Below, one piece after another: positions 25,937-38,449 of a stretch of 64,000 nucleotides of DNA. Position numbers and translations under genes: made by a program. The notes beneath the pieces were generated by a model. It was not told where the DNA came from, searched no databases, and saw only the letters and a program-made list of their open reading frames with translations. The stretch is from Eledone cirrhosa. Its lineage: Eukaryota. The stretch spans positions 230,082,001 through 230,146,000 of the forward strand of contig OZ024741.1 of assembly GCA_964016885.1 (NCBI GenBank), written 5' to 3'. Position 1 is the stretch's first letter, and every line of letters begins with the position of its first letter.

Positions 25937-26249
25937 ACGTGGGAAAGTAAAAAATCGGAGAATAGACCGTTAAAACATGTTTATTTAAAACAGCACCTAC
26001 GTACGTTTCGCCCAGTTGGGCTTCTCAAGGGCATAAATAATCACAAGTGTTCCTTATATTGCTCGGAAAGAGTTTTTGGGGTTAAATCCACATCAACTCT
26101 TTAACCCCCAAAACTCTTTCTGAGCAATATAAGTAACACTTGTGATTATTTATGCCCTTGAGAAGCCCAACTGGGCGAAACGTACGTAGGTGCTGTTTTA
26201 AATAAACATGTTTTAACGGTCTATTCTCCGATTTTTTACTTTCCCACGT
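25937..26249. mobile_element. PLE end remnant: ~150 bp fold-back with a U3-A8 HHR on both strands
   Basis: 25937-26085 inverted against 26100-26249; gccc TTGAGAA gccca ac tgggc GAAA CGTACG TA ggtgc at 26153-26193. Confidence 0.75.
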
Positions 26250-26250
26250 A

Positions 26251-26281
<31 letters not shown>

Positions 26282-26493
26282 TGTGGTAGTTGTGACCTGA
26301 ACACAGCTGTAAGATTTTGTATGCGCACTATAGAAAAACATATGTATGTATAATAAATTTGCACGAGTCTATTCATAAATATTCTAAATCATGGCCTTGT
26401 TTCAGCTATTTCTGTAGCCGTATGGGGATGTTAAACACGTGTTTCCGGATATTTATCTGCCGTCGATGACATTTATTCATTCGCTACTGAAAC

Positions 26494-26812
26494 AAGAATA
26501 AGCTTATAGTTTATATGCTTCTTTGCGTATGAAATATCGGCTGGGGATGCTCATTTACATATAGTGCAAGGAAAACATGGGCTGAATATTTTCATTTGCA
26601 TATAGTGCAAACCGGCTGAGATTAATAAGCTCTATCACTAACATAAGCGTATATATGTAGGCATATATGCTTCTTTTGTGTGTGAAACATCGAATAGAGA
26701 TGCTCATTTGCATATTGTGCAAATAAAATTTCATATTCTATGCAAATGAGCTTCGCCAGCCAATGTTTTATACGTTAGAAAACAGATAAGCTATAAGATT
26801 ATTCTGGTCTTA
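26494..26812. repeat. Degenerate palindromic (MITE-like) element with repeated octamer motifs
   Basis: 26494-26565 is about the reverse complement of 26738-26807; an internal direct copy lies at 26660-26720. Confidence 0.55.
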
Positions 26813-26924
26813 GTACCGAGTACCGATGACCGAGAAAAATCGTTGTCAGACTATTTGTAGAATCAGAGAATGAAGCAGGCATAAGGATTTTAATATTCAT
26901 ATATTGATGGGAGACAAATTAGAC

Positions 26925-27000
26925 CAGTGGCTCCCAAACTGTGCAACTCAGCGCACTGGTACATCATCAGATGTTATTAGGTGAGCGGTGAAATAACATG
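26925..27000 (+). mobile_element. hAT/Charlie-like terminus remnant
   Basis: CAGTGGCTCCCAAACT resembles the hAT-Charlie TIR; no matching second end found nearby. Confidence 0.4.
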
Positions 27001-28133
27001 TTAAAACGTGAAAAATGCAAATGAAACTCCTGGACTAATTGGAGAAGCCTGTTGTTAATTTAGGGTAATGTAATGTTTTAAATTTGAGATGAGAGACATC
27101 ATTTCTTTGTATAGAAGGCCAGTGTTTCCACAGACTGTTGAAGCATACAGTTAGGTGCAGAACAGCGCAGGTTCCCCTCCCTGAAAACTCAATCTGCTAT
27201 CGGTCGAATCTCAACCACTATTTTTACGAACAGGAAAAACTTTGATAATGTAAAATATAGTATGTCTGAATAAACTGCAGGATGATCACTGTTCGAGCAC
27301 CTGTGGTGATAGTTTGATTGAATTTGTCTTATTTAAGGCGGTGATGAATGAGTTGAAATAGATTTGGCTGTTATGTCCAGCCAAATCTATTTCAACTCAC
27401 CTTCCTAGGATACCACGAGTTCTTCTATTTCAGAATTTGCTCTGAAGGTTCTTAATAGGATCAACAAGGCTTCCATTCCAATTGGAAATGTAGGGAGCAA
27501 GCAGGCAAAAGCAAATGCATATTGCCATCGCATGGACGAAGTTTGCCCTCTTTATGATATACTTTTTTGTATATAATTTAGTAAGAGGCGGAAGAGCAAC
27601 GCCTATAAATTATTCCAGAGCTTCTGTCGAGGGAAAAGAAAGAGGCTAGCCAGCAACTGGAAGCATGGTTCGAATGCTACAAGTACACAAGTGCTATTTA
27701 GTGGTGTTAATCAAAGCAACTGATTAAGTTCAGCCGCCGGCGGCCGGCTTCCCAATATTTTCCATCGACAAAATTTCAGGCATATGGCTTTCATCGATCC
27801 GAGGAACCGCGTTTTATGATGGGTGCATTGTTAGTTGCTGTGATTTATTCACATTTCGAATCAACCAATACGAGACTAAATATAAAGCATGCAAATAATT
27901 TATCCTGTAATCCTATTCGAAGAAATAAAAACCTTAACTAAAACTATTTAAAAAAAAAAGCATTATAAAAAATACATATTAAAAATGGAAATAGATTATC
28001 AGAAAATGAGAAATCAAAAGATTTATAAATAGATAGATATAGGTAGATGATGATATATAGATAGAGATAGAGAAGCATAGGTGACGATAGCTAGAAAGGT
28101 AGACGTAGATAGATAGATAAAGAGAGTGTGTGT

Positions 28134-28193
<60 letters not shown>

Positions 28194-28445
28194 ATGTACC
28201 CCATACTGATGATAATTTAAAGAAGCAGGGTTTCTTTAAAATCAATAATAAAGGATGCAAGTGACGAATGTTTACACATTAACATATATACATATATAAA
28301 TGAGTATATATACACACACACAAACCCCACCCTACACATATATGTATATGTATATGTATATATGTATACATGCATACAAACACATATATATATGTGTGTG
28401 TACGTGTATACACTCACCATTGATGTATGTAGGTCTTTATGTGTG

Positions 28446-28725
<280 letters not shown>

Positions 28726-29006
28726 TAACTCTATATATAATGATATACACATATATATAATGATATACACATATATATATATGGATATATATATATGTAA
28801 AAAAAATAAATATATATATATGGATGTATATATATATATGGATGTATATATATATGGAGATATATATATATATATGGATATATATTATGGAATACTGTTG
28901 GCTTTTTGCTACAATATTTTCTATACCTTTCATTTATATATATATATAAACACGTTTCAGTGCGTGAGTCTGTGTCTATGTGTGTATGTGCGTGTCAAAG
29001 TGTATG

Positions 29007-29070
<64 letters not shown>

Positions 29071-29299
29071 CTTTTTTTTTTGTATGTGTTTGTTTATCGG
29101 TTTTATTCCACTTGAGAATCTTGCTTAAGAAAAAACGACAACAGCAATGTGACAGATCAGATCAGATGGCTGTTGGACCCATTTGAATGGAAATCTTAGT
29201 TTAGCGTTAGACCTAATGTTTTATTCGAAGATTGGCAGTTGATCAATCGTTAACACGGCTTCTGAAAATTTGCCTTGCAACAGATGTCCTATAGCAGTG

Positions 29300-29567
29300 T
29301 CTATGGTGGTAGTGGAGTGATGCAGATGGTGTTGGTGTAAATGATGGTAGTGGTGGTATAAGTGATGGTAATGGTGGTATATGTGTTGTTTGTGGCGGTT
29401 GCTATTTCGGTAGGGACATTTGATGGTGGGTGCTGGGTTTGTTGTTGTTGTTGTTGTTGGAGGGGGTGCTTTTGGCGTTGTTGTTGGTGGTGGTGTTGGC
29501 GGTGGTATTGGTGTTAACGGTAATTCTGTTTGTGTATGGGTGGGAATAGAAGTAGTAGTATTAGTGT

Positions 29568-29618
<51 letters not shown>

Positions 29619-30470
29619 TGTGTGTGTGTATGTGCGTGTGTGTGGGTGGGGGTTGAAGTACTGGTTCTGATGACAGTGGTAGTGGTGGACTTTGTAATGG
29701 TAGTAGTGAGAGAGTGCCTCAGTGGAGGGTATGCGGACTTAAAGTTGGTGGTGATGGTCGAGGTAATGCAGTAGTGGAGGTGGTAAGGGAGTGTATGTGT
29801 ATGTAAATTTAGTATTATCAGCGGGGGTAGAGGGTAGAGGTATTGGTAGTTGGAGTATTGGTGGTGGAGGTGGTGTTTGTGTTAGTCATGGTGTAGTGTG
29901 TGGGCGGGTAAGTGGGGGTTCTGTTTGCAGCATTGGTTATTGTGTTGTTGTTGATGTTGTTGTTGTTGGTGGTGGTGGGTGGTAGTGGTGGTGGTGGTGG
30001 TGGTCGTCGTCGTTGTAGTGGGGGTGTTTGTGGTGGTGGTAGTGATATTGGTTTTCTTGTTGGGGATGAAATAGTAGTGAGGCTGTTAGTGTCGGTGGTA
30101 ATTGTGTGGAGACATAAGAATCATAGAGTGAGTGTAAAGAGTGATGTAGGAGAAGGAAGAGAAGGAGAAAGAGGTGGAGGATGAGAAGGAACAGAATGTA
30201 AGAAGGAATGAGAAGAAGAAGAAGAAGAAGAAGAAGAAGAAGAAGAAGAAGAATGACAAGAAAAAATGTGGGGAGGTGGTGGTAGGTGAGATGAAATAGA
30301 AAGTGGGGAGTAGAAGAAGGAGGTGGATAAGATCGTAGTGAGGAGAACGAGGTAGATGATATGGTGAGAATGAGGCGGAGTAGGTGTTGAGAAGGAGAAG
30401 AAGGAAGAGAATGAAGAAGAGAAAGTGGGGAAGATGGAGAAAGAGGGAGAGTGGGTGGTGATTTGGATGG
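29300..30470. repeat. Low-complexity (GGT/GTT)n, (GA)n and (GAA)n region
   Basis: Direct inspection. Confidence 0.85.
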
Positions 30471-30657
30471 GCGGGAGACATCGCCTATGGCTGATCAAGA
30501 AATATTTGTAAGATTATTTCCTTTTATTGTAGTGCAAATATGGGAATAGGCGGTGAGTCATTAAAATGTCGTATTGAATAAAATGGATAAACTTTCATGA
30601 TGTCTGTGCTCCGAGCTCAAATCTCACCGATGCCGACTTTAAATTTTTTCTTTAGAA

Positions 30658-30810
30658 GGAGCATGGCTTAGTGGTTAGAACATTGGGCTTGCAATCGAAA
30701 GGTTGTGAGTTCGATTCTCGGACCGGGTGATGTGTTGTGTCCTTGAGCAAGACACTTTATTTCACGTTGCTTCAGTTTACTCAGTTGTAGAAATGAGTTG
30801 CGATACTGCC
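30658..30810 (+). mobile_element. tRNA-derived CORE-type SINE
   Basis: A box TGGCTTAGTGG, B box GAGTTCGATTC, then CORE-like GTGTCCTTGAGCAAGACACTT. Confidence 0.8.
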
Positions 30811-31656
30811 AAATCAATAGGTGGCAGTAGTTCCAGATGCACGCATCGAAAGACTGGTGTAGTGGTTCTGAGAACAATGCGGCTTTGCCAATGATCAATG
30901 CAAATTGACAATGGAGAAGCAACGACCCCTGATTGTATTCAGCAACCGAAAGAAATATGAAGTACACAAAATCCAATGTTCCTAGGGGGCGGCCCAGGTT
31001 CTTCTTATTTGCGAGTGTAAACTCGGCCAGATTAAATTAGATCTTTGAGGACAATAATAAAAAAAGTATCTCTCCAGTACTGGGGTCGATTCTTCCTCTA
31101 AAACCTTTACTCATTTCTCCTTCTCTCTTTGAAAGAATCGGGCTGTTTTCAGACCTGAGGAGGAGATGGAATCTTCCAGATTTTAAATGCCCAATGTGCG
31201 ACATATGTCATTACGACGTCCCTTCAACTCCACTAGGAGTTAGTTTCTATACATACTTAACATACAGATAAATAAATAAATAACATAAAATAAAATTTAA
31301 ATAATGACAAGTATAAAAATTAACAATAACAACACAGAAAAGAAATATAGAGAATATTTTAACATCAATTCGAAAACGTAGTTCGTGTGGAAGTATGTCC
31401 CTATGTTATTGTGTGTGTGTATGTGTTGACGAGTTTGTGTGGGTAACAGTGGGTACACTTGGGCACATATATATTTGTGTGTATCTCTGTGTAGCTCTAC
31501 GTACGTGAGTGTGTATGTGTGAACAAATACAAACCATACATATATGTATAAATTTAAAATAAATTATTTATCCAGGAGTAATACAAATATATATAGCTTC
31601 ATGTATGCGCATTGATTTATAGTCGATTTTGCGTGTTGATGTATGTACACACATAA

Positions 31657-31718
<62 letters not shown>

Positions 31719-32318
31719 GTATATATATATATATATATATACACCCACCAAGTTCTGTTTTGTTGCCCCCCCCCCCCCCTTTCACACATTGTCCTGCCAT
31801 CTCCACCCTCACGACCCTCTTCTCCCACTCTTTCGACTGAACTATTTCCGGTTGCATACGCTACACTGCCATTTCGCGTCCTCATCGCCATTTTCTCCTG
31901 CTCGAACTTGGAAATTACCACACGTTGAAATCCACCTGTTGTACACTCGAATTTTACCATTCACACACACACCAACATCCATACAAAAACATAGACACAC
32001 ACAGACACGTGCACCATTTCCGCACACACGCAACTATGCACCTTACATGAACCCACATCACCTACAGACACACCACGCATCCCCATCTTTTAACCACACA
32101 CACACATGTACATCTACACATACCCCCACACCAGCTCCGGATTTGACACGATCTGATCTAACCCATCCGTCCCTCTACATCCACACACAGACACATATAC
32201 ACACCAACACCCATACAGGGACTATACACGCACAGACATACATTCCACTCCAACACACACACAATGGTTTTTCAACACCCACATTCACATACACTCGTTT
32301 CCTTCCAGACTCTCACAC

Positions 32319-32385
<67 letters not shown>

Positions 32386-33079
32386 AACACACACACATTT
32401 ACATGTACACAAACACACAAACACTTACATATACACATACAGACACACTTACATGTACACATACACACACACCTTACCTTCCATCATCGCCGTTCAGACT
32501 CTGATTTTCTTGCTCCCTCACCCTTTCTCTCCTCTCTCCTCCTCCATCCACCCCTATGACACTAATACACCCGTGTCGTCCCCCTTAATTTTCACTTTTT
32601 TAAATTCCATTTTTATTTATTTATATTTTTATTTTTCCCTTCCTTTCGTGGTCTTCTTCTGTTAACTTCCCCCCTTACTACTCTTCTCTCGGAGTTCCTT
32701 TCTACTTTCCTCATGAATGACCTATGTCCGAAACGTCAAACCTCCCACACTCTCACTCTATTTTTCATATGTAAGCGAAACTTTCTCGTTTCTTCTATTA
32801 TATATATATATATATATATATTGTTATACTTGGGGAGGGTCATATTTGTGTAATATTGCCAGAATTAATAACAGAACACACTCACTGTTTGGTTGGTTTT
32901 CGCTTCTGTGTCTTTTATATCGGTTAATTTAATTTATTCCGTCCTCAATGTTGCCATTGACTGACCAACGGTCAAAATACAGATACATTATAGACACAAA
33001 CACATATATATATAGTCTATCTGTTATTAATTCTGGCAATATTACACAAATATGACCCTCCCCAAGTATAACAATATTT

Positions 33080-33565
33080 GTTTCGACACACGACTTCATA
33101 TAAATCTGTAAACGCAGAAGTGAATATTTCAAAAAACGTTGCAACGGGAGGAAGACAGGAAGACGATACTTTGGTTCGTGGAAACGTTCCCTGACAAAGA
33201 ATGGGAAAAAACGAATATAATACGTCATTATTTGGAGTGGTGAAAAACAATTACACGCAAAGACAGAACCACGTTTATGGTATAAAAGAAGTCGTAGACT
33301 AATATTCTCTGAGGTGGTTCACAGAGACGTTCTCTGGCAATGAACAGAAAAAACGAAGATAATACGTCATATGTGGAGCCGGGAGAACAATTTCACGCAA
33401 AGACAAAACCACGTAAATGGCATAACTGAAGTCGTAGACTAAAATTCTAACTAGGAAACCGAATGATTCTCCGCTTCAGAGTTAAGAATAAAGTAAATAA
33501 AATACGCGGATATTTTACGTCTTTTTTTACGTTGGTGTGATGAAACCCACCTTTATAAAGTCAGT
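33080..33565 (+). repeat. Dispersed repeat with ~140 bp internal subrepeats (possible non-autonomous Helitron)
   Basis: Homologous to 62995-63175; the 5' part of that copy also occurs at 10723-10765. Confidence 0.6.
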
Positions 33566-33569
33566 ATAT

Positions 33570-36500
33570 ATATGTATGAGATGAAAGAATGGTATTTAAC
33601 TAATGTAATGGTACGCGACGGGGCCCACCCACAGCCCCGGCGGACAGAATGGAGAAGGCGTTTCCCCGGAGGACGGCATGGGAGACGCGCTGGAAAAGCC
33701 ACTCCAATTCGCGGGGCTCACATCTACGGCTGGCCAGCTCAGCGCCTATGGTGGTGATTAAGGAGGTAACCCTGGGGCCGAGGATACCAGAAGTTTCCAC
33801 TGCCAGGGGAACGACCGCAAACCTGTCGGAGAGCGACCGGTATTTGAGTTGTATGGCCCTTCAGCCCGACGTGCAGCAGAACCTGGGTCAGTCGCAGACT
33901 GCACCAGGTTGTGGCTGCAGAAAGTGTCGGTGCAAGTGGCATCCCAGACGAGGGGTTTGTCACCGCGGAACGGGAAGATGGTCATGGCATCAGGCCTTTT
34001 GCCGTCCCCTTGATCCAGCCCCACCGGCTTGAGCTGGGAAGGAAAGCCTGCAGCGTCAAGCCATGATTAATGACCTCGTTGAGGGCAGTATGGCGTGGAA
34101 TGCGGCCGGCACTGTGGCGACAGGAAAGCGGGGGGAGGCCGAAAGAGTCCACGGTGGAACCGCTGCGACATCGGTGTGGCTGGCAGATCCGAAGGCCGAG
34201 CCTCAGGGAAACGCCGATTCACAGGCTATGGTTGTCTAGCTAAGTGCCAGTGGAGAAGGAGGGCAGAGCATGGAGCCAGGCACCACTCTGGGGTTTGGAG
34301 GCCGCACGAAAACAAGCAAGGCGGTGCTGGTCGAGCTGGCGCGTGATCCTGTCTGAGGCCAGGCTGCACTGGATGCCATCCCAAGTGCGTTGGGAGGACT
34401 TGACGTCAACAGGGGGAGAAGGAGGAGGGACGTCTACTGGGCTAAATCCCAGCCGGTCCCACGTCTCACAGGCGGCCTCACGTTCTCTGAACACAGAGGG
34501 TTCTGTTGTGTTTTGAAGAACCCTGCTGACGAGGGCACGGCACGAGGTTAGCGACGAAAGATACGCCGGCAAAGCTTGTGAGATCGGGGAGCGGAGGCCT
34601 AGGCCGCCATACCTGACCGGTAAAGTGGCCTGTTGCCACCCTATGTCGTCAAACTTGACGTTGCATATCCCCTCGGCTGCTGCTCGGATACAAGTATCGA
34701 GGTCAGCCAGGAGAGATGTCTGTGTGTATCATGGAGCGCTGCGGAGGGTATAGAGGAGCTTCGGCATGGCGAAGCAGTTCCTCAGCAGAAAGAGAGCTGG
34801 GTGGCCGTCAATCAAGCCCAGTCGGCTCGTGAGAGTCTGGAGCTGTTGAATCCTGGACCTGATGGTGGAGCGGATGGCCGGCGGGTGGATCGGTGACCCG
34901 AGGATGAGGACATCCTCTTTGGGGGTCACCTGAACCTGGCGGAGAATGGACCTTACGTCCAAGACGGAGGCTGCAAATCTCAGAGCATCGAGGCTGACGT
35001 TCACCACCTCCGACTTGGCCGAGTTGACCTGGAGGCCGATTCCCGCCGGGGCAGGAATCACCGATTGAAGGTCTTGGCAGACCGCCCGTACGGGCCCGCC
35101 CAACGTAGCATCATCCAGATACCAAACGTTGAGAGGGGCGTGATACTCCGGGCGATGTGGTCAATACCAAGGGCGAACAGGAGGGGTCCCAAAGGGTCGC
35201 CCTGTTGGACCCCAGTAGCCGAGGGTATGACCGTATCAGCAGCTAGGAGCATGCTCGGGGCTCCATATGACAGGTAGGCCAGCGGGTAGGAAGAGGGGGC
35301 TCGGCTGAGGCAGGCCTCGAGCATATGATCCCTGCGTAAAGAGTTAAAGGCATTCCTCATGTCAAGCTTGACAATGAGGTGCCTGGAGTCCCTGGGTGTC
35401 GGTACCGAAGGGCAGCTGCTGAAGAACTGCCTGATTGCATGAGAGGCTCCCTCACAGCCACCGGACACGCCGACACCCAGTTGCACCTGACTAAACTCCT
35501 CACCCAGTTCGTGTGTGACGGACTTGCAGATCACCTTGGCAGCCAGCCTCCGGAAGACATTGCCCACAGCAATGGGGCGTATTTCACCCTCTTTCTTCCT
35601 GAGAGCGGTGAGGCTGGCCGAAAAAAAGAGGCCTCGGGCGTAAGGTCGAGGGCACCATGAATGAGTCTAGTGGTGAGCGCCACAATTGCACCCAGAAGGC
35701 GGGGCCCGGCCTCAGCGGAGAGGGGGGATGTCAACTCCTTGAGGTGGCCTGGTCGGAGACCATCAACACCTCCGCAGCTGCTAGCTGGGAAGGACCTGAT
35801 GGCGCACATGATATCTGCATCAGTAGCCACAAGGAGCAGGTGGGGGTCGGGTGGGCGTATGGGTCTGAGATCAGTGGGTGGCAGAGCAGCCAGGATCTCC
35901 TCGGTGGGTTGGAGGACAGTGTACTCTGAGGCAACAACTCTAACTGCGGCCGAGACGTCACCCATGATAAGCTTTGCGTTTACCTGGTCACGCAAACGCT
36001 TGGCGCTGGCCTCGGGGGTGGAGGATAGGGGTACCTGAGGGTGGGGTGTGTGGTGTCCCTGGGCACGCTTGGAATGGGCGCTCGCCCAAATGACGAGACA
36101 TTGGTCTTGACGAAGTCTGCTGTTGACCGGCCGCCCTGGTCAGCGCCAGAGCTGGGGAGGCCGAGGGCGAGTGGGGCGAAATAGAACAGCCGCTCCCAGT
36201 CACTGGCTCGATTGGAGTCCAGGGCGCTCACGGGATCCTGAGTGGGATCTTCCGGAGTCGTCTGAGCCGAGCGATGTTGACCAGCGAGGCTCGGGCGTCA
36301 GGCAAGCTCACTGTCCCATCTGGTGGTGTGCCAGACGGCCGTGGCTGGGAAGACGTGGGGAAGAGGCAGCTCCTGCACCTCCACGCTTCGAGGGCATTGG
36401 AAGCTCGACGAGTCAAGCCAACGCAGGTGAGGTGGTGGATGCAGCCGCACCCCAAACAGTTCCGGCCCCTCAGCCGTTTGTTAGTAGTGCCGCAAGTGCT

Positions 36501-36820
36501 GCAGGTGTCGATTTGGAGGGGCGGGGGATGGGGCGTGAGGCCGGGGACTGGGGCACCGAGTTACATCAGGGGTGGGTGGCTGGTGTGTGTGGTTGGAAGG
36601 GAAAGTGCTGGTAAGAGGGCAGCATAGCTCCCCTATATATATGGAGGTGCCAGAAAACGAGAGCGAAAAGGGGTGCATGGAGGGGGAGACACAGGAAGGT
36701 AGAATGGCAGTAATTGAATGATTGAATGGATGGATGTACACAAAAAAGGAGGGGGGGGGAAGAAGGGGTTGTTCCCAGCGGAAAGACCCAGAATTCAGCA
36801 CGCACACATGCGAGCAACTG
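33570..36820 (-). mobile_element. CRE-clade non-LTR retrotransposon (PHD + RT + restriction-like endonuclease), frameshifted
   Basis: GVDGLRPGHL, GNVFRRLAAK, QLGVGVSGGCEG, KLDMRNAFNS, GVQQGDPLGPLLF, SGAWLHALP, DGKRPDAMTIFPF..LVWDATCTDT, LFQRVSHAVLRGNA; GC-rich relative to flanks. Confidence 0.9.
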
Positions 36821-36980
36821 AGCAGTTTGTCAAAGACGATATTCTCAATGGACGCGCTTACAATATTTGAATATAACTGAATCGTCGTTTCATTTAATTT
36901 GAATGACCAGTTCTATCCTGTGGTGAACCAACAAACCCAAATAAATGATGCTCCAGAAATGTCGAGCGCTTTCAGATGTA

Positions 36981-37165
36981 ATAATTGTTTCTACTATTGG
37001 CACAAGGCCAGCAATTATCCCAGTGTATTACTGGTACTTTATTTTATCGACCCCGTAAGGATGAAAGGCAAAGTTAACCTCGGCGGGATTTGAACTCAGT
37101 CCGTAAAGGGACGTAACTGTGCTGCAAAGCATGGCGTCCGACCCTCTACCGATACTGCCAAACCA
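36981..37165 (-). mobile_element. tRNA-derived SINE
   Basis: Near full-length copy of the 8581 family. Confidence 0.85.
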
Positions 37166-38304
37166 CTGGCCTTATAGAACATTAATAATAATGTTCGATT
37201 CGTTTGTAAACAAACGTCCCGATCTGAAGCTGTGACGCGCCAGTGGCCGATCGTCACCTGTTTGTTCAACACTGGTTTTGAGAAACAATCAACATGTTTC
37301 TGGGTCATTACCCTGCATCAAATCTCAATAGCTCTGCCAGGCTGTTGAACGGTTAAAAATATATAGTATTTTCTTTAGTACACATCGGCAGAGTGGCCTC
37401 ATGTGTGTAAAAATAAAATTAGAATTTTATTTCACGCCCTAGCACAGCTGATACATAAATATCTAAACTATAATAAAGTAAGAAGAGCGGGACTGCGTAC
37501 GGTATATAATTTTTTATCTCCTTAGTAAAATAAGTTGGATTACTTTGAATAAATAATGAATGTATATTACATAATTTATCTACTAAATTTCGTGTTCATT
37601 AAATATATTTTATTACTTATTTAAAGATTCACTTCAAAAATCAACACTTCCGATTAGCGATCGTTTAAATAAATATTCATATATTTCTGTCACTAATTTT
37701 CTCCTAATGCAGTTTATATATAATATCGTCTTTTTTTAATGTATCATGGATTACGTTACTGATTACATAAGACAGTGTAACACAGTCTTCGTTCAATTTC
37801 GGTTTATATTGTCAATTACGGTTTTATTTGATATATCATATCTACATGCATATATACTTGCGCATAATATCAATATACACACTACACAAGCTAGCAGAAA
37901 ACCACCCGAGTGTGGTTTTTCTGCTAGTATATATAATACACACACATATATACATATACATATGTACGTATGTGTTATATTGAACGTTACTAATAGTGTT
38001 CAATTCTTTTGTAAACAAACGGCCCGATTTGAAGCTGAGCCGTATCGGTGACCAATAGAACTCTCGACCTTACGAATAACCTCACCGTACACTTGCACAC
38101 ACACACATAAATATATATATATAAACATACATACACACAGAAACACAGAAACACACAAACACGCACACACACATATATATATATATAAAATATATAAACA
38201 CAAACGCGTGCACACACACACAAATATATATATAAACACACACATATAAATAAACACACACACACACATATATATATATAAACACACAACAAATATATAT
38301 AATT

Positions 38305-38344
<40 letters not shown>

Positions 38345-38449
38345 GCCTATAGACACGCACACTCCTATACAAAACCACTTTACTGTGAAACCAAATATTA
38401 AAGCATTTTTCTTTCCTCCACAAATTTTGTCACTCCCTCTCTCAAAATA

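Noticed and set aside
30658-30730. tRNA gene
   Set aside because: The tRNA-like head runs into a SINE CORE-like body with no proper acceptor stem.
32700-32745. HHR-like GAAAC motifs at 32730 and 61938
   Set aside because: The CUGANGA core and stems are too decayed to call.
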